Below are positions 19,015 through 26,621 of a DNA stretch of 60,797 bases, piece after piece; the stretch's first letter is position 1, and every line of letters begins with the position of its first letter. The DNA is from Candidatus Hydrogenedentota bacterium (GTDB taxonomy: Bacteria; Hydrogenedentota; Hydrogenedentia; Hydrogenedentales; SLHB01). The stretch spans positions 1 to 60,797 of the forward strand of contig BTVY01000045.1 of NCBI GenBank assembly GCA_045863335.1. Direction: 5' to 3'. Made by a program: the position numbers and the translations under genes. The notes beneath the pieces were generated by a model that saw nothing but the letters and a program-made list of their open reading frames with translations, searched no databases and had not been told where the DNA came from.

Positions 19015-19791
19015 ATGACGAGCAATGCGCCGCACACACCTTTTCGCTTGGACGGCAAGGTGGCGCTCATTACGGGGAGTTCCACGGGGCTCGGGAAGTC
19101 CATGGCTATGACGCTGGGCGCCGCCGGGGCGAAAGTGGTTATCAACTACGCCAACAACAAAGAGCGGGCGGAGGCGACCTTCAAGGCGTATCGCGACCGG
19201 GGATATGAAGGCATTCTCGCGCGCGCCAGCGTCGTGGACAAAGGCGAAGTCGACGACCTCTTCGACCAGATCGAGACTGAACTGGGCCCGGTGGAAATCC
19301 TCGTGATCAACGCCACGCCCGATCAGCCGCACAAGCCCATCGAGGAATACGACTGGGACTTCTACCAGAGCATGATCGATTTCTTCATCAAAAGCCCCTT
19401 TCTGCTCTGCCGCCGCGCCTTGCCGAGCATGAAGAAACGCAAGTGGGGCCGGATCATCAATATTGGATCGGAAGTGTTCCAGTGCGGTGTGCCGAACTTT
19501 ACGGCGTACGTGGCGGCCAAAGGCGGACAGAACGGATTCAATCGAAGCCTTGCGCGGGAACTGGCGCCCTGGGGCATCACCGTGAACATGATCTCCCCGG
19601 GCTGGATCCCCGTAGAACGGCACGAGAAGGACCCGCAGGAAGAGAAAGACGCCTACCTGGCCGAGCTTCCCATGAAGCGCTGGGGCGTGCCGAAGGAAGT
19701 GGCGGATGCCGTGTGCTTCCTCGCGAGCGACGAGGCCTCGTACATCTCCGGCGAGAACATCTGCGTCAACGGCGCGCACACCGTGGCGTGA
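19015..19791 (+). CDS. Short-chain dehydrogenase/reductase (FabG-like)
   Basis: TGSSTGLG, YVAAK catalytic motif, VNMISPGW. Confidence 0.9.
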   Translation: MTSNAPHTPFRLDGKVALITGSSTGLGKSMAMTLGAAGAKVVINYANNKERAEATFKAYRDRGYEGILARASVVDKGEVDDLFDQIETELGPVEILVINATPDQPHKPIEEYDWDFYQSMIDFFIKSPFLLCRRALPSMKKRKWGRIINIGSEVFQCGVPNFTAYVAAKGGQNGFNRSLARELAPWGITVNMISPGWIPVERHEKDPQEEKDAYLAELPMKRWGVPKEVADAVCFLASDEASYISGENICVNGAHTVA

Positions 19792-20061
19792 TCACGCTCC
19801 GTACTTCTGTTTCATCGTGCGCTCGTATTCGGGGAAATAGCGTCCAATCACGGGCAAGTCGAAGCTGCGCAGGATGCTGGTATTGCTCTCCCGTTCGAGC
19901 AGGAACTCGAATGACGCCTTGAGCAAGTCCTCGGCCGAAACCTTGCCGCCTGTCAACGACTGGTGAACCTTTGACGCAACGGTGACTTCGTGAACGGTCG
20001 TTTGGCCTTGGGCAACGGTAACTTCATACCGGTCGCCCGTGAGCGGTTTGACTTGTATCAT
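19792..20061 (-). CDS. Small hypothetical protein
   Basis: 89 aa, GAGGAG RBS, natural-looking sequence (SFEFLLERESNTSILRSFDL); convergent with the SDR, with abutting stop codons. Confidence 0.7.
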   Translation of the reverse strand: MIQVKPLTGDRYEVTVAQGQTTVHEVTVASKVHQSLTGGKVSAEDLLKASFEFLLERESNTSILRSFDLPVIGRYFPEYERTMKQKYGA

Positions 20062-20237
20062 GGCATCTCCTCGCAGCGGAATCTGCGGCAGGCATCCGCA
20101 TACTCGTCTGGTTGACCTCGGTTTCCATCACAAAGTACATTGGACCCGCGGAGCGATCAAACGCCGGGCGCAAGACGTGCGACAGGATTTGAGTGAAACG
20201 CGGCCAGCCTGGCCGCCCAACCATGAAAGCCATACCC

Positions 20238-21518
20238 ATGCACGAGTCTATCGATCGACGACAATTCCTGAATAGAACCGCGGCCGGCGCGGCGGGCGTT
20301 GCCATGACGCTTGCGGCGCGCGCAGCGGAGAACCCTGAACCGGAGCGCGTGGTGGTGGGCGTTATGGGACTCTCCCGCGGCCGCACGCTGGCGATCAACT
20401 TCGCGCAGCAGCCAGGAGTCGAAGTGCGCTACGTCTGTGACGTGGACTCCACGCGCGCGGCGAAAGGCGCTGAGGAAGTCGCCAAGATAGCCTCGACTCC
20501 GCCGCAGCCCGTTGGCGATTTCCGGCAGATTCTCGACGATCCCGAGGTGGACGCGCTGGTGTGCGCTGCGCCAAACCATTGGCACGGTCCCGCTACGATT
20601 CTCGGATGCTCGGCGGGCAAGCATGTCTACGTGGAGAAACCGTGCTGCCACAACCCGCGCGAAGGCGAGTTGATGGTGGAAGCGGCGCGCAAACACAACC
20701 GTGTCGTACAAGTCGGCACGCAACGCCGCAGCAGTCCCAGCATCCGCGCCGCCATCCAGGCCTTGCACGATGGGGAGATTGGCCGCGTGTACTCGACGCG
20801 CGGCACCTACACGAGCTTGCGCGGATCTATCGGCACCGGAAAACCCGTCGACGTACCGGAGTTCCTGGACTACGAGCTTTGGCAAGGCCCCGCGCCACGC
20901 AAACCGTACATGGACAACCGCGTTCCTTACAATTGGCACTGGTTCTGGCATTGGGGCAACGGCGAACTCGGCAACAATGGCGTCCATTACCTCGACATCT
21001 GCCGCTGGGGCCTGGGCGTCGATTATCCGATCAAGGTGACGTCCTGCGGCGGACGCTACTGCTTCGACGACGATCAGGAAACGCCGGACACGCATTCGGT
21101 GTGCTTCGAGTTCGAGGACGAGAAGATGGCGACGTGGCAGAGTCACAGCTGCAACCAGTACGGCAACGAGTTCGTCAACTTCTACGGCGAAGGCGGTACG
21201 CTGGTGCTGGGCGGCGAAGGCGAGTACACCTTCTACGATAAGGACAACAAGGAGATTCGCAGCGACAAGGGCAGCCGCGGCGATATCGAACATATCGACA
21301 ACTTCCTCACGGCAATCCGCGAAGGGAATCCGGCGCTGCTCAATTCGGGCATCGAAGATCACAACCCGGGCACCTTGCTGTGCCACCTCGGCAACATCGC
21401 GCAGCGCACCGGACGCACGCTGCACTGCAGCGCTGAGAATGGCCACATTGCCGACGACCCGGAAGCCATGAACCTTTGGGCGCGGGAGTATGAGCCCGGC
21501 TGGGAGCCGACGGTATGA
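20238..21518 (+). CDS. Gfo/Idh/MocA oxidoreductase, Tat-exported
   Basis: DRRQFL, APNHWH, HVYVEKP, QVGTQRRS, GNNGVHYLD. Confidence 0.92.
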   Translation: MHESIDRRQFLNRTAAGAAGVAMTLAARAAENPEPERVVVGVMGLSRGRTLAINFAQQPGVEVRYVCDVDSTRAAKGAEEVAKIASTPPQPVGDFRQILDDPEVDALVCAAPNHWHGPATILGCSAGKHVYVEKPCCHNPREGELMVEAARKHNRVVQVGTQRRSSPSIRAAIQALHDGEIGRVYSTRGTYTSLRGSIGTGKPVDVPEFLDYELWQGPAPRKPYMDNRVPYNWHWFWHWGNGELGNNGVHYLDICRWGLGVDYPIKVTSCGGRYCFDDDQETPDTHSVCFEFEDEKMATWQSHSCNQYGNEFVNFYGEGGTLVLGGEGEYTFYDKDNKEIRSDKGSRGDIEHIDNFLTAIREGNPALLNSGIEDHNPGTLLCHLGNIAQRTGRTLHCSAENGHIADDPEAMNLWAREYEPGWEPTV

Positions 21519-21528
21519 GCGCGACATC

Positions 21529-22656
21529 ATGAGCGAGCCAACGGATCGACGCGCGTTTCTCCGTAGTTCCGCGATTGGCGCCGCCGGCCTCGCCGCCGCG
21601 ATTGCGCCGCGAAGCGCGGGGCAAGCACATCCCGAAAGTGGAATCAAGGTTGGCGTTATCACGCATGCCGGTGGCGCGCACTTAGGCGCTTACTTTGACG
21701 GTCTGGCGAAGACGGAGGAAGCGTCATCCGTGGTGCTCGCCGATCCCGATGGCAACGCGGAATCGATGGCGCGCGAAGCCTTGGGCGAAAAGCTTACGAC
21801 GGTGTATGCGGACCGCGATGAACTTCTCGCCAAGGAACAGCCCGGGATGGCGCTCATCAGCATGGAGGCCAAACTCGCACCGGCGGCGATTGATGCCGCT
21901 CTTGATGCGGGGTGCCACGTCTTCGCAGAGAAACCCGCCTGCACGAACGCGGAGGATTTCGCGCGTCTGACGGCGAAGGCGAATGACAAGGGATTCCACC
22001 TGATGCTGGCCCTTGCCAACCGGTTGAATCCGGAGGTCCAGGAAGCGAAGCGGGTCATCGCCGAAGGCGAACTTGGCGATATCTACAGCGTTGACCTAAT
22101 GCTTATCGAGGACCAAACGCGGTTGACGAGCGCCGGCTATCACGCGTCCTGGTTCGCGGAAAAGTCCCGCGCGGGCGGTGGACATCTCACCTGGCTCGGC
22201 ATACATTGGCTCGACCTCGCCATGTACATTACCGGTTCCAGCATCGAACGCGTGACCGGGTTCACGGGCAACGTCGGTGGGCAACCCATCAACATCGAAG
22301 ATTCCGTGGCCATGGCCATGCAGTTCGAAAACGGCACCTTCGGCACGCTCACGTCCGGCTACTACCTCGACAAAGGTTACGAGTCGTCCCTCAAGATCTG
22401 GGGGTCGAAAGGCCGGTTGTCGATCACGTCCGAGGCGCTGCGTGCGATGAAGTTGTATCGCAACGACGAAGGGCCTTCGGAGTTCACTGGACCGAATGAT
22501 TTCGAGGTGTACACCACGTTTGTAAGGGCGGCCGTTCGCGCGAGCGCGGGACTGGGACCGCCGCCGATTACGGCCGACGAGTCGTTGCGGGTAATCCGCA
22601 CGGTGTACGGCCTCTATGACGCCGCGGAATCGGGCTGCGCCGTTCGCGTGCGGTAG
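21529..22656 (+). CDS. Gfo/Idh/MocA oxidoreductase, Tat-exported
   Basis: DRRAFL, HVFAEKP, GGGHLTWLGIHWLD, ED motif. Confidence 0.88.
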   Translation: MSEPTDRRAFLRSSAIGAAGLAAAIAPRSAGQAHPESGIKVGVITHAGGAHLGAYFDGLAKTEEASSVVLADPDGNAESMAREALGEKLTTVYADRDELLAKEQPGMALISMEAKLAPAAIDAALDAGCHVFAEKPACTNAEDFARLTAKANDKGFHLMLALANRLNPEVQEAKRVIAEGELGDIYSVDLMLIEDQTRLTSAGYHASWFAEKSRAGGGHLTWLGIHWLDLAMYITGSSIERVTGFTGNVGGQPINIEDSVAMAMQFENGTFGTLTSGYYLDKGYESSLKIWGSKGRLSITSEALRAMKLYRNDEGPSEFTGPNDFEVYTTFVRAAVRASAGLGPPPITADESLRVIRTVYGLYDAAESGCAVRVR

Positions 22657-22659
22657 ATT

Positions 22660-22811
22660 GGAGGGTGGGTTTTCCAACCCGCCGCCACGAATGCTTTCGA
22701 ATGCGACTATCGAGAAGGGATTCTGTTCGTTTCCATAGGCCGTTTTTAGTTTTTGGAGTCTTCGCACTGAACCGCAACTGTTGGTGTGGCGGGTTGGAAA
22801 ACCCGCCCTCC
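22660..22811. repeat. REPIN-like doublet of GGAG-class REPs (family C)
   Basis: ggagggtgggttttccaacccgcc (22660-22683) and its inverted copy (22788-22811), 23/24 identical; each is a GGAG tetranucleotide plus a palindrome. Confidence 0.8.
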
Positions 22812-22840
22812 TGTAGTACCCTGCTTCTAAAGGATGAGCC

Positions 22841-23914
22841 ATGATTCGCAATCCTTCGACCGTTCTCGCCATATTTCTTTTCACACTCCCATGCATTGCT
22901 CAAGAGACGCCGAATAGCCAGGTGTTCACCTATCTCGAGCGGGAAGCGGAAACGGTTCATCCGCAGCTTGCATGGAGCGCGGCGACTCCCGACGAACATG
23001 AAGCGTGGCGTACGGCATTTCGCGGGAAGCTCATGGAACTGTTGGGAGAATGGCCGGAACCGGTTCCCGCGGACGTCCATTGGGATGATGCGGACGTGTT
23101 GGAGACGGATGCCTTCACGCGGCGCAAGGTTTACGTGCGCACGGAAGAAAACTACTGGGCGCCGGCGTATTACTACGTGCCGAAGAACGTCGAGGGCAAG
23201 CGCCCGGCCGTGATGTGCTTTCACGGGCACAGCGGTATCATGCCGTACATTCGCGAAGGCACGGACGCGGAGAAAAAGAAAGGCGAAGAGCATCACCTCG
23301 ACTACGCGCCCTACTTTGCGGAACACGGCTACGTGGTCCTTGCGGTGGTTCAGCGGGGCTGGAACGAGACGAGCCACGACAAGCCGCACAGTTGCGAACG
23401 CCTCAGCCGGGCGGGGTTCCTCACCGGGAAGACGCCGATTGGCATGCGCGTGTGGGATGGGATGCGGTTGGTGGATTTCCTCGAGACGCGCGAGGAGGTC
23501 GATGCGTCGCGCATCGCGGCGGCGGGCTTGTCCGGCGGCGGCACGACGACGCTGTTCTTGGCGGCATTGGAGGATCGAATCCGCGCCGCGATTGTGGCAG
23601 GCTACTTCTGCACGTTCCGCGACTCCATCTATTCGATCCACCACTGCATCTGCAACACCGTGCCCGGCATCATGAACTGGGGCGAGATGAGCGACGTGGG
23701 CGCACTCATTGCGCCGCGGCCGGTGTTGATCATCAGCGGCGACGAGGACTCCATTTTCCCCCTCGACGCGACGAAACGGGCCTACGCGGAGTTGAGCAAG
23801 ACCTACACGTTGCTTGGCGTGCCGGGCAATCTCGAGAGCGACTTCTTTGAAGGCGTGCACGAATGGAGCAACGCGAAGACGCTGCCCTTTCTCGCGCAAC
23901 ACCTTGGGGAGTAG
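22841..23914 (+). CDS. Secreted alpha/beta hydrolase (Abhydrolase_7 / acetyl-xylan-esterase-like)
   Basis: Signal peptide, FHGH, GLSGGG nucleophile, HHCICN, LIAPRPVL, GVHEW. Confidence 0.85.
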   Translation: MIRNPSTVLAIFLFTLPCIAQETPNSQVFTYLEREAETVHPQLAWSAATPDEHEAWRTAFRGKLMELLGEWPEPVPADVHWDDADVLETDAFTRRKVYVRTEENYWAPAYYYVPKNVEGKRPAVMCFHGHSGIMPYIREGTDAEKKKGEEHHLDYAPYFAEHGYVVLAVVQRGWNETSHDKPHSCERLSRAGFLTGKTPIGMRVWDGMRLVDFLETREEVDASRIAAAGLSGGGTTTLFLAALEDRIRAAIVAGYFCTFRDSIYSIHHCICNTVPGIMNWGEMSDVGALIAPRPVLIISGDEDSIFPLDATKRAYAELSKTYTLLGVPGNLESDFFEGVHEWSNAKTLPFLAQHLGE

Positions 23915-23981
23915 CAGGGCCTTTCAACAAGGCACACCGCCGTTGATCGGTGGCTCCCTTGGTTGTCTGCACGAGCTAAAG

Positions 23982-24167
23982 AACATCCCCCTTGATCCCC
24001 CTTCAAAGGGGGAATGGTCGCAACGCTTCGCGTTGCGGGCAGGTTTGACCAAGATGCACTCCCTTGCGCACGGTACAGATGCGCACTGTCTTGCGCACGG
24101 TACAGATGCGCCCTCCCAAGACGTCGCACAGCCATTCCCCCTTTGAAGGGGGATCAAGGGGGATGTT
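23982..24167. repeat. REPIN-like doublet, family A: perfect 36-bp inverted repeats around a small hairpin and a tandem duplication
   Basis: aacatcccccttgatcccccttcaaagggggaatgg (23982-24017) is the exact reverse complement of 24132-24167; inner cgcaacgc-ttc-gcgttgcg hairpin (24019-24037); 22-bp direct repeat at 24063-24084 and 24090-24111. Confidence 0.9.
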
Positions 24168-24228
24168 ATTTTCGCATGCGGAAGTTGATTCTATGTTGCA
24201 CACGCGGGTGGCGCGGCACCTTAGAAAA

Positions 24229-26538
24229 CTATGGTTTCTGCATGTCGAAATAGTCGAGAAGCCATCGGCAGTTGACGACTTTTTCCACGAGATCGAGGGG
24301 CAGATAGAAGTACTGGCAGGACGGCTCGAAACCGATGCGGGAGTCCTGCTGCACGAGCGTGTAGAGTTCGCGGGCCAGATCGATTTCGGAGCGAAGGGTC
24401 TGGTCGATCGTCGCCAACAGATTCTCGCGTTCTGCATCTGACACCGTAACTGTTGAGTCGGCCAGTTGGTCCCGCGCGTGGACGAAGCGGGATTGATTTG
24501 CGACCGCCTGGAAATGGATGGCGGCGGCGCGCGCGTAACGGAGGTCCGCTTCCGCGCCATTGCGCAGGTCCGGCGGCGCGTGACGGACGGCTTCCTGCAA
24601 GGCCTCGATTCCCGGTTGCCAACCCTTCGCGACTCTTTCGAACTGGTCCGCAAACACGTCCGGCGGGTAGGGTCCGCGCCAGCCGTTCAGATCGTCGTAC
24701 GGAATTCCCCACATGGTCGCGCTGTAGCCCGTCTTTTCCGCGTACACGGGATTCGCCGCGCCCCACTGCACGGGACAGGTGTAAACCACGCTGATGTGGA
24801 AGGGATATTCGCGGAAAGCCTCGCTGGTGAGGGTCCACGCCTTACGGGCGTGCGGGGCACCCTCCTCGCCGAAGCGCGCCCGCGCGAGGTCGTCCAGCGC
24901 GGCATTCATGTCGAGGCGCGGTGTCCGGCTCATGCGTTCGGCCAGTTGGAAGTTGGGCGACGGGTATCCGCCCATGGTCCACCCGATGAGCATGGCGTTC
25001 AGCTCGAAGGGCTGGAGGTTGCGGCAGTGTTCGCCGATGAGATCGAGCACCGGCAAATAGGGGATGCTTGCGATCTCGCAGGTGTTGTTGAATTGGATCT
25101 CCGTGCCGATCTTCAGGGCACGGTCGCGGGCGACTTTCCAGTGGGCCTGAGAGCGGGGACCGGGACCGACGGAGGAGATGGAGTACTCGCCGACCGTGGA
25201 TGCGACACCGCCGCGCTCGATGGGCAAGTGCCATTCGCTGACGGACATGAGCGTGACGTTCTCGGGCAAACGTTCGATGATGTCTGGCGCGTCGCCGTGG
25301 CCGCGCCAGCCCCAATCCGAAATGAGAACGGACGCATCGGGACTGCCCGCATGGACGCCTGCTTCGAGCACTTCGACCACCTCGGTGAGAATGTCGGCGT
25401 CCGTTCGTTCCCTGCAGCGCGGACAGGATGTCCAGCCGCCGTGGGACGCGCAGTTGGTCAGGTTTTCGGAGGCAGTGATCGCGTAGATACCACCAAGATC
25501 GGGGACTTCGCGAAATACATGGGCTAGGGCGTTGCGCATCCAGTCGCACACGGCGGGATGTGACGTGCACATGGCGGTCAGTTCCGCTTCCTGGACGCCG
25601 GCCATGTCGGGACGCCCGGCATAGAACGCGGCGGGCATGGCACGCGGCTCGTTGATGTAGAGGTAGACGGAGATGCCGTACTGCTTGGCGCGATCGACCA
25701 TGCCGCGGAGCGCGGCCAGTCGCGCCTCGTGGCCTTCGCCGAACTCGGGTAACTCGGGTCCGCCGGGAGCCAAATCGCGAAGGACGCCCTGCAACCAGAC
25801 GCCGTTGACGCCGGACGCCGCGAGGCGTTGCAGAAGCCCGTCGGGATAGGGGTTCAATTCCGGATTCAGCAGAGGATCGCCGTACACGGCCACATACGAA
25901 TAGACCAGACGCTCGACGTCCGATTTGTCCTGCGCGTTTACGCTGAGCGATGGATCGGGCTGGCTTAGCTGCTTCACGAAATCGAAGCGCGGTTCACGCG
26001 GTTGTAGAAGGACATCGCCGAAAGATCCTTCGACCACCGCCCGGATTTCCGCGGCCCGCACTCGCGCGGCTTCATTTGGCGCCGAGTATTTCAGTGGCTC
26101 ACTCGCGGGCTTTCTGCGTCCCAATTTGACCCACAAGAAGTCCTCTTCGCGCAGCATGTGATCGAGGCGTTCCGGCGTCATCTCCAGCAGTTCGAGCAGT
26201 TGGTCGTAGGGGAGCAAATGCCAGTTGCGCCGAATGAGCGTGACGTAGCCGCGCTGCAACATCGTTTCGGGATCGCCGGAGAACGCGGGCAGGCCCATGG
26301 ATTGCGCGACAGCAATTATGTCTTCTTCCGTTGCGCCGATGATGCGCGCCAGCTTGTCCGGTTCGACGGCGTCCCAGTTTCGCCAGATAAACTCATGTAC
26401 GCGATCCGGAAAGTGCCGGCTTTCGACCGGCGCGGGCGCGTCGCCCATGGGAAGCTGCACGTCCTGGCACAAGGCAGGCAGCGCGGCAAGGGCAAACGCC
26501 GCGTATCGCATAACGGAAGAAAGATCTGGGTTGTTCAC
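24229..26538 (-). CDS. Secreted hypothetical protein, possible glycoside-hydrolase-like TIM barrel
   Basis: 769 aa, signal peptide, GVNGVWLQ...AKQYGISVYLYINEP...VPDLGGIYAITASE pattern; AGAGGGA RBS before GTG. Confidence 0.6.
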   Translation of the reverse strand: MNNPDLSSVMRYAAFALAALPALCQDVQLPMGDAPAPVESRHFPDRVHEFIWRNWDAVEPDKLARIIGATEEDIIAVAQSMGLPAFSGDPETMLQRGYVTLIRRNWHLLPYDQLLELLEMTPERLDHMLREEDFLWVKLGRRKPASEPLKYSAPNEAARVRAAEIRAVVEGSFGDVLLQPREPRFDFVKQLSQPDPSLSVNAQDKSDVERLVYSYVAVYGDPLLNPELNPYPDGLLQRLAASGVNGVWLQGVLRDLAPGGPELPEFGEGHEARLAALRGMVDRAKQYGISVYLYINEPRAMPAAFYAGRPDMAGVQEAELTAMCTSHPAVCDWMRNALAHVFREVPDLGGIYAITASENLTNCASHGGWTSCPRCRERTDADILTEVVEVLEAGVHAGSPDASVLISDWGWRGHGDAPDIIERLPENVTLMSVSEWHLPIERGGVASTVGEYSISSVGPGPRSQAHWKVARDRALKIGTEIQFNNTCEIASIPYLPVLDLIGEHCRNLQPFELNAMLIGWTMGGYPSPNFQLAERMSRTPRLDMNAALDDLARARFGEEGAPHARKAWTLTSEAFREYPFHISVVYTCPVQWGAANPVYAEKTGYSATMWGIPYDDLNGWRGPYPPDVFADQFERVAKGWQPGIEALQEAVRHAPPDLRNGAEADLRYARAAAIHFQAVANQSRFVHARDQLADSTVTVSDAERENLLATIDQTLRSEIDLARELYTLVQQDSRIGFEPSCQYFYLPLDLVEKVVNCRWLLDYFDMQKP

Positions 26539-26557
26539 GTCAATCCCTCTTAAGAAG

Positions 26558-26589
26558 CGTGGCGGCCCGACATCTTCAGGGCCGCCACG
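26558..26589 (-). terminator. Stem-loop / possible intrinsic terminator
   Basis: 11-bp stem cgtggcggccc/gggccgccacg, about 30 nt downstream of the stop at 26622; weak U tail (cttctt). Confidence 0.45.
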
Positions 26590-26621
26590 TGTTCATTGTT
26601 TTCGACTCAGAGCGGCTACGA

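Noticed and set aside
20157-21662. 501-aa antisense ORF
   Set aside because: Shadow of the Gfo/Idh/MocA gene
24063-24111. 22-bp direct repeat as a mini-CRISPR
   Set aside because: Only two copies with a 5-bp gap and no cas genes; it is a local duplication inside a REP doublet
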